Assembly: GCA_040954595.2 (NCBI GenBank)
Contig: CM082597.2
Location: 8,711,778 to 8,775,777 of the forward strand
Direction: 5' to 3'
Source: Balanoglossus misakiensis
Lineage: Eukaryota > Animalia > Hemichordata
Length of the DNA stretch: 64,000 nt
This document shows, piece by piece, positions 11,094-22,845 of the stretch. Numbering within the stretch: position 1 is the stretch's first letter; every line of letters begins with the position of its first letter. Below the pieces are notes generated by a model. It saw only the letters and a list, made by a program, of their open reading frames with translations, searched no databases and had not been told where the DNA came from. The position numbers and the translations under genes are program-made.

Positions 11094-14000
11094 CTGAAAA
11101 TAAACCAATTTATAACACATCAAACATGTTCCAAACTAATTTCGAAATTCCAGTCCGTGAATAATACATTTCCTCTTTGAAAACATTTAATATTGGTGAA
11201 TAAGAGGTTCATAAATGTATAACATTAGATTTTTGTTTGTAAAGTCTATATTTTGTGTTACACCTTTCCAATAAGTGTGTGATTAGTGTAGATTTCGGCA
11301 GAATTTCTGGGAAAAAAGAATCTGTGAAAAATTCACCTGAATTTTGGGGAGAAAAAAATTTGCTGAACGTTTCCTTTGAATAAAAAAGTTCAGCTTATTT
11401 CTTTTAGAGAAAACATGACAATTTCCAGGAAATGGCTGTTGTTGTTTTTTTTTGGTGAGAATAAACTTAAAAGACAAATTCTGATACAGTTGCATCAAGG
11501 TGATGGAAGAAAATCCCAGATTAACCGGATATTTGGAAACTTTATCCAGAATTTCAAAATTAGTTCGAAATGTGACATTGTGTTATCAATGATCTGTGTT
11601 GAGCAGTCGAACGATGAACGGGTAGTTGACAATTCCCACGAGCACACCCGTATCTTTCCTCAGTAGTTGCGCCGGGCCGGTCGGCAATGTAACAGAAAAA
11701 GTGGTACGATATGCCAGCTGAGCCGTCGCTAGTCTACAATTCCGAGTCTACAAGGCCGTCTCTAACTAAAAATTATAATAACTATCGAGGAACGTGACAA
11801 TTATATCCGCGAATGTGGGGCTGGGGGTTGCTGCAGTTTGCAGCCCCTCCATCTCCCCTGGACGATTTTTGTTTTTGCGGGGCTGCAGGTCCCAGCTATT
11901 CTAAACCGCACAACGAGCGACCGGGATTTGGGCCCGGAGCGAATTTCTACACTCCAGACGTCTCCAGTCCACAATTTTCCACAATTTTTTCGCCAAATCG
12001 GTCCCGGAACCCATACAGCGCTTACCTGGCAAAGGATGTCGCGGTATTTGTCGATTTTGCCTACGTTTTCCCCAGTTATTCAACTTCAATCGGCAAAACC
12101 AAAACTCGTTCAGGGGAGATGGAGGGGCTGCAAACTGCAGCAAGGGCTGGGGGCTGCAGGCAGAATATATGACCAAAGGATACGCGTGAAAAAAAGACAA
12201 TTACCTACTTTGCTACCGTGGGTCTTTGACTAATTAAAACATGATAACGTGCATCAATACCAGCCGAGGCTTCAGGGGCATAGTATTCCTGAGTTTATAC
12301 GCGAAGAAACCAAGAAATATTCATGAGTATGTAGACGGAACTTGTCTTTTAGCTCAAATTTGACCTGGCTTGAGGTCACTGTGACAGCGCAGCCAGCGGT
12401 AGAATTGGGGTAGGCATGAAGAACATATCTACTACAAAAACTGGTGAGGGCGGGGGGGGGGGAGATGGGGGGGTGGGGGCTTTTCAGTTTAGTCACGGTC
12501 CTTGGTTTTGGCCTTCGGCTTCACTAGAAAAACCAAAAAACCACAATGCCGAAGGCCAACTCGTCGAAGCACCTGGTACGTCTATGGCAGAAGTCAGTAT
12601 TTACATGTTCTGACTCGATACACGCCATGCACTTGCCAAGAGATTCCACGAGGAATACCATGATGATGAACGGCTCGGGCTTCTTCGTGTGCACGAAGAC
12701 ACGATACTAGGCTTCATTGACCCTGTCTCATTCTTTTCTTTTCATGCGCATAAGGACATGAAAAGTCGACCTAACCTTTTGTTTTATCACTTACTGTGGT
12801 TTTATAGGGATGCTGTGAGTGAAAAAGTGGCACATTCGGGTTGTTGCCTTATACTTAATTTCGCAATTTCTATTGGAGCAGGCTACACCGGGCCCAGGGT
12901 CGAACTTAAACCAATTTGCAGCCGTGATGGTCGAACAATGTCCGACAAACTTTAGGCACGTCAAGCTTATGCCTTCCTGGGTCGCCCGACAAGAATGAAC
13001 TTCTATTTTAACGATAGGGCCTATTCCAATCGATACCCGCCGTATCAGTCACGCAATAATGAACACGAAATCCAGATTCCCCAAAATGATGTTTCACTAG
13101 ACTCGGGGAGAGTGCTGTTTAGTACCAACAGGCAATTAAAGGTATACGGTCACCTATGGAAAATTAGCTATAGTTACCATGGCAAATTGAGATGTAGCCA
13201 ATCACAGATTTTTAGTGGGTGGCACACGCGAAAAAAGAGCGCCGCCATATGTTCTCATCTCAGCCATATATGGTCCTATGTAACCACCTCATGTCATTTA
13301 CAGAATTGGAACACCCTAAAGAATGTCATGCAGACAATGTCACGTGTTGTTCCATGACCAACCAAACAACAAACTCATGTCCAAATCAATTAAATTCCAA
13401 AGAATGCTCCAAATATGCAGAATTGCCACGCAAGTCGAGCATACTTAAGCACTCTGCACAACTGAAACATAAAATCCAAGCTTTTAACAATACAACAATA
13501 AACAATCCATTCTGATCGAATTAATGACCAAATAAAACGAAAAACACAACTCGACCCACAAAAAGTATACGAAGCGCTTTTTATCGCTCATTAATGTTTG
13601 ATCTCGAAGAGACGTGTTAAAAAATCCGCTATGAAAAGCAGGGGAGAACAATAGCCTATTTTTACCAGGTAAACAGACACCAGGTAAAAATCCACCCATG
13701 CTTCCAGACCGCTCTAGGATAGTGATCCACCCAATGAAACTGTATCTCTTTAACTTTAATTTGCAAACTCGTGGAATTGATCATTTTATAAATCGCTCCA
13801 TTTTGACGTTTTCTCTGTGGTTTGTTAATACGAATTTTGTCTGTGCCAAATCTGTCCTCTGATACTGTCACTTGTATTAGAGTTCAAATTACACAGAAGT
13901 ATAATACAACGTTTTGAAAAAGACAGACATTTTTCGTGGGAACGGTGATATACTTAGGCCACACTCGAGCTAAAAACAAAAGTCTATATTTTATCAAAAA

Positions 14001-15781
14001 TGCCTTGGACGCACAAACATCTACAGGATGTGGAAGGGGCAGGTCAAAACCGCGATCTACAACTGTGCCTCCCCCCCCCCCCCCCCGGCTGTCTTGCTTC
14101 TATTTGGAGTGTCAATATGTGATTTAGCGTTGTTTGCGGCAGAGACTAAGCTTTGTTCTTGTTTCACTCCATTTGCTGCATTGTGCTGTGCTCTGGTATT
14201 TCTCCAGGGTCTACGGTTACACTATAGGCGGATTAGTCGTATCTTTACTACACAGACAAAAAACTTCGAAGCTTTATGTCTGTGCCTTTTATGAACAAGC
14301 ATCGTCCGATTCGAATTCGACTCGTCATCGGTAGCTATGTTTATTTCGCCCTTGGAGACCTCCCCTGGCCTCGTTAGGATGACTGTTACCAGGACTACCT
14401 TAAACCAATCTTTTCGAACCGGACGGTACACACGACATGTCTATGTTAATTGTCCAGGTACCAGAGTGTACGTGTGGGCTCCCTAAACCCCTCATTGGCG
14501 GCCGGTCCCTGTCCGAATAAACACGTTTGACAGACAAAAAATGATGAACAAGTGGCTTACTTCAATACTTCGTTAACTAGACGGCTGAACTCTGAATGTT
14601 GATTCAGCAAAAAAAATGTGTTCACGGCAAGGTTTCGATCAATACGACACATTTACCATTGAAAACGCCCAAAGTAAGTGGGGGCGTTTGACCATCAATC
14701 AAACCCATGCCCAGGTGCATGTGAACGGCCGAAGCAGTGTAACGTTTCACATTCCGTGCAACGTCCGACACTGTGTGAAAGCGGTTGCTGTCGGGTGGCT
14801 TGACCTAATTTTCGTACATTGATATGCATTTGACACTTCACTACCTGTTTTCTCAATATTGCTAAAACTTTGCGTTGAAATATCACTGAAATGTTGATGA
14901 TCCACGCACAAGTCGTCTACCCCGGCATGAAAAGCTTTTATACAAGAAAACTAATTGCACATGACCACCAAGGTCATACCGCAAGGTGTGTCTAAATGTC
15001 AAGGAAGGACATTGGGAGGGGGGACTTGGGTCAAGAACGACCATGACGGAGGAAAAACCGACAAGTCATTGTGTAACCTGTTTACTTGCCAATAGTCAAA
15101 CGTCAAAATTTACTCTCAACTTGGTTGCAGATCGAGTCTCCCGAATTTCCAACTTTTATGATTGGGTAAATACCGATATGCGACTGGTATGCGACGCGTT
15201 GACGACGCGAAGATTTTTTTGAAATCAAATGGTTTGTCAAATGTCATCTCACAGTGGAGATACCGTGGTCATCTGACATGAAAGGGTTCGATTGGGTCTG
15301 ACCGCCGTCGTTCATCCATGCTTAGAAAGCGGCGATCATGGTACAAAGTAAAACCAAGATCAAACCTTACTGAACACATGTATTGCATGGAGAAACTTTT
15401 CTCCCTGTCTGTGTACTGAACACGTACCGTGATTGCCATAGTTACAAACGTTACCCCGTGAGAGAGATTGCATTTTACATCTGTCTTTTCAATTTTGTTG
15501 CTTTCTTACTATTCGGAATGATGGAGTCGAAACGAAAACTTTTTGCTTCAGGTGGACCTAGGGGAAATACCTTATTTGTGACTTTTTTCATGGCCCTAAA
15601 AAGACGTCGGAATTAATGTGGCTGAGGTCACTCAGGACGACGGAATGGTTGAGCGATTTTCTTTTATGAGCTCCAACTAGTATTTGTTTTATTGTTTCGG
15701 CAGTGTGTCGCGTTATTCGAGCAATCTGCAGTCTGAAAACGAACGGTTTTCAAAGTTTATAACAGAAGAACAGGGGTTTAA

Positions 15782-16576
15782 GATGGGTCCCTAGGATCTT
15801 TTTGCTCGTTGCTATGGGCCTTTATAGGACACTACACTCAATTTTGATCGAAACCGTTATGAACGTCCGACAAGGGGCTTGTAACTAGTTAAAAATACAC
15901 ACGATTGTGTGCACACCCCCTGTCTGAGTATGTTTACGGCAGCTACCGCCCGGCCATAGGCCACCACGCTAATACGGCAAAGCAGCGGTCAGCGATAGCG
16001 TGCGCGTCCTGTAACCACAGTAACTGGATCGAACGCTAAAAATCCAATGTTTTGTACACAGAGATTTTGTACCGTTCACGAAAATCCCTAAGGCTTTTTT
16101 CACAGGCGACGTAGGCCAGCCAAATTTGACCTGCTTGTTGAGAACGCACTTCCGCATAGTGTGACGGATCGTTTTTTCGGTTTTCGTCGTGCTAAGAAGC
16201 GATACCAGTGGAAGAGTGCGTCCAAAAACACCCAAAATCGATGACTTTTTCAGGTGTGGTACGGGTATGCTGAAATCGTAGGATACAACGATAATATTCG
16301 AAAACAAAATCCGTCACGATCTTCCCTGGTTCAAGCAACTAATGAATACGTATCAAGTTCGTTTTTGAGGTCACGGAATAAAAAGCCTTAGGCTTTTGAA
16401 ATTTGACCTAACTAATTTGCATATCAATGGCGTCAGGGGGCGCGCGCTCACAATCGTGCGTATTTTCAACTAGTTACCAGCCCCTTGTTAGACTCTGAAA
16501 ACGGCTTAGTCCAAATCGGGGTGTAATGTCCTATAAAGGCCCATAGCAACGGGCAAAAAGATCCTAGGGACCCATC
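15782..16576. mobile_element. Non-autonomous Kolobok-type DNA transposon
   Basis: TTAA on both sides and ~55-bp TIRs (GATGGGTCCCTAGGATCTTTTTGC...). Purine-purine 5' end fits Kolobok rather than piggyBac. Empty single-TTAA site at 10561-10564. Confidence 0.85.
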
Positions 16577-16617
16577 TTAAGCATGAAAGGTCCTGTTGTC
16601 TCCCTCGCTGTGTTTGT

Positions 16618-16825
16618 GTCACTGTGTCTTTGACGTCTGACTGACTGATTAACTGGCTGACTGACTAACTGACTGTCTGTCAACGTCGGTCTGTCTGACT
16701 GTCTGCCCCCTCTCTCTGAGAGAGAGTGAGAGAGCGAGCGAGCGACCGATGAGTGTCTCTACTGATGACTGTTGCTCTGTCTGTCTGCTTGTGTCTGTCT
16801 GCCACTCTGCCTGTTTCACTCTGTA
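16618..16825. repeat. Compound microsatellite (CTGA/GTCT/GA/GAGC)
   Basis: Degenerate tetra- and dinucleotide runs. Confidence 0.75.
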
Positions 16826-17255
16826 TCTCCTAATTTCTTTAACAATAAGTTAGCTGCCAGTACACTCAATGATGTACGCGCAGAACGTCAACTGGTAAAC
16901 TGTGCGCCTGTGTCTCTTCCCATAGGAGTACATGGAGAATAGTTAGAAAACTCACTTCTACTATTGTCATTTTCATGAAATGTTACACATAGCTCCGACA
17001 AATCAAAATAAATTCACCACGCTCTATTTTGAGATAAACTTTGTTCAATATTGTATCCATAGACAAACCATTGGTAGAAAATGCTGACCGTTAGCAGTTT
17101 TCTTCAATTGTCGACTAAATTCACGGCCTTGTTTAAAGTCGAAAACAAGTGCAGTGACCCAAAATGGATTTTCATTATACATACAAATCAGAAACGAAAA
17201 TTCACGATTAAAAGAAATGACAATGCTTTCAATTTTACTGATCGTACATCCTTAA

Positions 17256-17575
17256 CTCGCTGCCCTTTTCCATGTTTGATACAAAACACCGTTTATGTTA
17301 ATGTAAATGTGGATATATAGTGATGCAACGTTCAACCGCACACACCTTCCATCCCGCATGTAGACACGAGAGCGAAAACTCGCCAAACTGAAAAATCGGT
17401 CTCTACCATTTATTCATTTTGGGCGACTTTTTACTCTTATATCATACAAGCAGGATGGAAGTAGTGTGTGGTTGAACGTTCATTCACTACATATACACAT
17501 GCCCATTAATATAAACGGTGTCTTGTATCAAACATAATTAATGGAAAAGGGCGACGAGAGAGAGAGTTTGTCCCT
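17256..17575. mobile_element. Palindromic Kolobok-type MITE, left tip truncated
   Basis: Same family as 48053-48399. Ends ...tttgtccct|ttaa and is almost entirely self-complementary. Confidence 0.75.
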
Positions 17576-18919
17576 TTAAGGCGACATGATGCATGAAGTG
17601 GCGAGAGATAAACGCGGCTGACCACCGCATTAAACACTGTCAAGCAAGGCACTTCAAATGCCAATTGTTTAAGTGTGTACTAAGTAATAGGTTCATGTAC
17701 CATGTCCTGGGGGGGGGGGGGGGGGGGGGGGTCAAATCACAACAGTTGGACATGTACGAATATGAAGAGACGATATCAGTTTTTTCATGTCTTCCTTTAG
17801 TAAAACATCTTTTTTGAACTTTGTATAGAATTCATTGAACTTTACTTTAGCTTATGAACTCTCATTTGCACATCGTCATCTTGAAATTGTGTCGACTTTA
17901 TCATAAGGTTTTTATCACTCAACTAGGTCGCAAAACCTATTTAAGTTAGTGAGAATAGGACGTTCACCTTTTGAGTTGATGGCTACAGCCGTTAATCCTG
18001 ACTCATACACATGTTGCAGCCAGTATACTCTGCAGACATTGGACACAATAGTTTTACGAACCATTAAATTTTATTGGACCATCAAGTTTATTGACCCATG
18101 ACGTTCATATAGATTTTATGACACGACTGACGCTATAATCGGTCCTTACCTTCGGCGAGCCAAGTGTTTTATAACATCATAAGATATTAATACCTATCAC
18201 CCAGTCAAACGATTTCAAGTTATAAAATTTCCACGCCAATAGGACGCCTTTAGGTGGAAATGCAACCAGGTATCCTGAATAGGAAAATATTCCGGGTATC
18301 TGTCAAGTTTAGTCCCATATTTAGGGGACCAAGCGTCCTCAGGCGCTTGGTCCCCTTCTGTTATTGCTGGAGTTTGTCTTCTTTCTTCTTGAGTCGTTTT
18401 TTTGCGCCCGTTTTTCTCTGAAATTCCGGCAGGTGCGCCTTCCAAATTTAGCACGGTGGTTGGGGCCCATGAGTACTGGAGCACCTGTCCTTTGCATTTG
18501 TAATTAGTCACGTGACTTTGTGGCTATAATCGAGCGAAATTTTCAAATTGACCTAATTTGCACGTTAATGGGGGCATGTACATTCTTTTCGCGATTTTTG
18601 TAGACCATGTGGCCAAAATCCCCTGTGCCAAATTTCAAGGTCCTAGGCCACGTCGATTTTGAGAAGAAGATTTTGTAATATTTTTTCGCATTTTTTGGTG
18701 GGCTGAGGACGGACATTGGGGCATCGGACTTTGACCGTCATTACGTAATGTTGTGGAGATCTCATTAGCAGGCTACTCACTTCTGGCGGGTTGCAGTAGT
18801 CCTTGGAAAATCGGCTGAAATACGTAAACAGACCAGTGATTATTTTCCACGGAATGAATTTTGGGACAACACATTATCGGAGTTCAGGCTGTGTTAGGGC
18901 GTTTTATTGAATTACGCTG

Positions 18920-20299
18920 AGTTTGGATTGACCACTGTGTTACCACTGAAATTTCTCATAGCAATGTTCTTTCAATTTCGAGTCTTTGCAATGTTGTTGA
19001 CTCCGACCATATTCCTGTTTCAATAGAGGTTCATTTCAACACTTCTGCTGATGAAAGCTTCAGCAGTAGTTCCTTCAAGCAATGTAATTTTCAAGTTGAT
19101 TGGAAAAAATTGTCACAGCAGAATATATCCGCCTACACCCGTTGTACCAAAGCCAAGGTTGATAAGATTAATTTATCCGAAGAGTTATTCTGCACTAATG
19201 TGAACTGTACAGACCCTTCGCATTTACAGGCATTTGATACTTGTTATAGTAGTATTGTGGACGCATTGAATTGTGCTGCAAAAGGTACCATTAGGCGTAA
19301 GTTTCACCAGAAAGTTCATGTTGTGCCTGGCTGGAACGATTTTGTAAAAGAAAGTCACGACTATGCCCGTTCCATGTTTTTATTATGGGTTAATGGGGGG
19401 TAAACCTAAACAAGGCCCGCTTTTTGAAACCATGAAATCTTCCAGAGCTCGTTTTAAGTATGCTTTACGTGCTTGTAAAAAGATTGAGAATCAAAATAGG
19501 GCTGACAAGATGGCTGACAATTTACGCTGCCACAAACAGAACGACTTCTGGAAGGAAGTCAGAAAGCAAACTAGCAGAAAAACGCAGCTTTCTGACACTG
19601 TAGGTGGAGCGACTGGTGAGAGTGAAATTGCAATTATGTGGCACAAGCATTTCAGTGATATTTTGAATTCTGTCCAGGCTCAGACTGGTAAAAATGACAT
19701 CGAGGAGAAAATGAAGTATGTTAAATTTTATTCTGATATGTATGTTTCTGAAGAAGAAGTAATTTCTGCTATACATAAGTTACCTGACGATAAGACAGCT
19801 GGCATTGACAATATTTCAGCTGAGCACCTCAAATTCTCAGACTCCTCTATTTTACCCATTTTGACTTGTTGTATTAATGCTATGATTGTTCATGGTTACC
19901 TGCCAACTGAGGCAATCAAAGTTATTTTAGTTCCAATTAAGGATAAAACTAAGCTTTGTAGTGATGCCAGTAACTACCGGCCGATAGCACTAGCAACTGT
20001 TTTCTCTAAAGTTTTTGAGCCTATTTTACTTTCTCGTTGTGAGGAGTTTCTTACCTCTCATTATTTACAATTTGGTTTCAAGCGAGAACATTCAACTGAC
20101 CTGTGTTTATTTGCATTTAAAGAAATCATTAGCTACTACACCAGCAATGGAAGACCAGTGTTTACTTGTTTTCTGGATGCTTCAAAAGCTTTTGACAGAG
20201 TTAATCGCTTTAAACTGGTTAACAAGCACATCGACAGGAATGTTCCCTTGTATGCTGTACGAATTTTATATTAATGGTACAGAAATCAATTGTTTACTG
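18920..20299 (+). pseudogene. LINE ORF2, 5' part (endonuclease tail, linker, RT start)
   Basis: ORFs 19110-19403 and 19363-20274 are joined by a frameshift at the G-run ~19396-19400. A stop near 20272 precedes WYRNQLFT. Confidence 0.85.
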
Positions 20300-20820
20300 T
20301 ATTACGGCTGGTTTCTCATGATTGTTCATGCATCGGGGAATCTGTAGCGATGAGGTATCGGGCTCTGACGAGAACAGTGATCCACGGAGACACGTATCTG
20401 ATTCACGTTCATTTATTGTGCAGAACTACTCCAGTACATCAAATACGCCCAGTAAAGTACATGAGGAAGGGAACGAGCTCAGTAGCCTGAGGTACTCCCA
20501 TCTCCCGTTAGATTATTTCTCCTCAACTTTGGAAACAAAGTTCTCTTATAATTACTTTTCTCAAGGCGTGGTTAATAATGTAAAATATATGTGTTACAAT
20601 TTCATTGGGCATCCGTCAACTCTATACGAACCAATTTACATAAGGTGTTATATAACAAAGTCAGTTCGGTGATGATTGACAATCAGAGCAGTCAGTTAAA
20701 CACCCGCTCTCCCTATCTACTTCAAATACATAAAATCAAATACTATCAAACATTGACATTTCCGAGCTCTGGATTAATTAACCCTTGAAATCGTATTTGA
20801 CCTTTATACAGATCGTAACA
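20300..20820 (-). repeat. 3' LTR
   Basis: Direct repeat of 27046-27566, preceded on the minus strand by the PPT. Confidence 0.93.
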
Positions 20821-20833
20821 CTCCCCTCCTTTT
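20821..20833 (-). promoter_or_regulatory. Polypurine tract
   Basis: AAAAGGAGGGGAG immediately upstream of the 3' LTR. Confidence 0.85.
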
Positions 20834-21795
20834 AACCCAATGCGTCCCGCATTGGACACAAATCTCTTAAAGAGCAGTACACCAAGGGTAATCGTTCAAT
20901 TCCACCCCAAGAATATATTAAGATGTACCGTATGATTTTGAAATGTAAGAGTACAATATATATATAACAAAATTGAAGTAAAAAAATCGAGTCATGTCTA
21001 TGAAGTGATCGTCTTGAAAAATTATAAAATTACAATAAAAAAATTACTACAGAATAAAAGTACATATAAACTTAAAATAGTATGTGCTCATAAAACCTTC
21101 GCACACATATCCACGTACTAATATAACCAATAAAATAGCAACTCCTTCTGTAAACCCATAAAACGTTGTATCCATCATTCAACACAATCTGAATATATGT
21201 TGTCTTATTGACTCAAAAGAAACACTCTTGCATTCTTTTACATCGAACGATCATCCGACATTCCTTATTCTCGAGTTACGTCATGTCGGGTAAATTCAAT
21301 AACCTTAAAAAAATTAAAACTGAAACATCTTAGCGTTTTGTCAAAAATCCACTTTTTACAACATCGAAAATGGCAATTTCTTTGGTTTATTTTAACAAAC
21401 ACATAGCCATTAAAAGGGGCTATTTACACAATTTGGATCATCTATTTAGGTCATCAAACGAACGGCAAATTCAACTCACAAAATCTCTGCAACTTCAAAC
21501 TTCACTGGTAATTTCTTTACAACTCAAATACATAAACACATTTAAACAGAGTGACACGGGAACCAGGTTGCACAGCTCTTACAACTAAACTCAGCAAACA
21601 ACGGATAATAAAATGTCATTCGACAACTTACGTAACATTAAACGAATCAAGGGACACGCCAATCGTACACTCACTCATACAGGCCGGCCAACACTCATAC
21701 CTCTCATTCATATTCAAATATTCATTTCAATCAACCACGTGTCTCCCTTTTCCGTTTTTTTTCTCTGTTACGCATATATTTTTCTGTCCATAGAT

Positions 21796-22845
21796 TTAAA
21801 TGTGCAAATGTGCTATAACCTGTTTCCCTTGTATCTTTACAGGATTTCTTATCAAATACTCTTTCGCAGTTTCATTCAAATTGTCTTCATCCTCCCACGT
21901 ATTATGTTTGTTTGAATAATTCTTCCACTTAACCAAATACTGTAATTTCCCATTTCTATATCGACCCTTTAACACATTGTCTATATCGTAAAATGGCTCA
22001 GAAACATTAGTCTGACAATTTCCATTGTTGTCAGTTTCATCGAAAGCACTGGGATTTGTCCTTGACGACAAATCTCTCAATCCCAATCCCTCAATTTGAT
22101 CAGAACCATTTTCTGATTCTACATATGTTTCTGCTTCTGGACTTTGACGTATTTCGGTCCCATTTTCATAATTTGTGGTTTCTGGGACATTGTTTTCGTC
22201 ACCCGACTCATCAGATGAGGATGATTCAAACTCTGAGGGCCGCAAATAAGCTCTTTTTAGTCTATTTACATGAATGACCTTACGATAATTCCTGGTGCTA
22301 TTTATGAAACGCAACTTATAATTAACAGGACCCACCTTCTCAGAAATAATGTAAGGACCTGTCCACTTATGTACGAATTTCTTATTAACTCCTGGTTTAA
22401 CAGATGGTGTGTATAAATATACAGGATCCCCCACTTTAAGATTTTGTGACCGTTGGATATTTTGATCATAACGGTCCTTCATATTCTGTTGATATCGATC
22501 TATATTCTCTTTGGCGATTGTATGAGCTATCTCCCTTTTAGCAGCTAAATGTTTAAGGTGTGTATCTATATTTCTCGTCCTCCCCTCAACTGGCTGGAAT
22601 TCAACATCCATGGGCAATGTGGGATGCCGACCATATAACAGATAATAAGGACTGAACCCACTGGACTCTTGAGGGCTAACTCTATAAGCGAAAAGCACTG
22701 AACTTAGGTACCGATCCCAATCTTTCTGTTTACTATCGACAAACATGGACAGCATGTCGACTAGGCAACCATTGAAACGCTCTGTAAGGCCATTAGTCTG
22801 TGGACGATAAGGGGTCGAAACTTTCCTCTGGATGTTGAAAAAATT
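21796..22845 (-). CDS. Integrase C-half with GPY motif and chromodomain (frameshifted from gag-pol)
   Basis: STPYRPQTNGLTERFN; KWTGPY; FYDIDNVLKGRYRNGKLQYLVKWKNYSNKHNTWEDEDNL. One extra T in a T6 run at ~22838-22843 breaks the frame. Confidence 0.92.
   Translation of the reverse strand, partial: NFFNIQRKVSTPYRPQTNGLTERFNGCLVDMLSMFVDSKQKDWDRYLSSVLFAYRVSPQESSGFSPYYLLYGRHPTLPMDVEFQPVEGRTRNIDTHLKHLAAKREIAHTIAKENIDRYQQNMKDRYDQNIQRSQNLKVGDPVYLYTPSVKPGVNKKFVHKWTGPYIISEKVGPVNYKLRFINSTRNYRKVIHVNRLKRAYLRPSEFESSSSDESGDENNVPETTNYENGTEIRQSPEAETYVESENGSDQIEGLGLRDLSSRTNPSAFDETDNNGNCQTNVSEPFYDIDNVLKGRYRNGKLQYLVKWKNYSNKHNTWEDEDNLNETAKEYLIRNPVKIQGKQVIAHLHI

Larger units (their letters stand above)
10596..16611 (+). 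repeat. Tandem segmental duplication, unit 2 (includes a Kolobok insertion)
   Basis: Starts gatatgtccccc like 5386 and ends ctccctcgctgtg like the end of unit 1. Carries an extra 795-bp element. Confidence 0.95.

Noticed and set aside
6901-11859. CAGGGG...CCCCTG read as a 5-kb hAT element spanning the duplication junction
   Set aside because: No 8-bp TSD, and the inverted similarity continues past these motifs, so they are internal to the 316-bp element's TIRs.
6073-15616. Many paired 60-130-aa ORFs
   Set aside because: The pairing reflects the tandem duplication. No recognisable domains, and several pairs differ by frameshifts.
20290-20788. Plus-strand ORFs repeated at 27009-27534
   Set aside because: They are antisense readings of the two LTRs and repeat only because the LTRs do.
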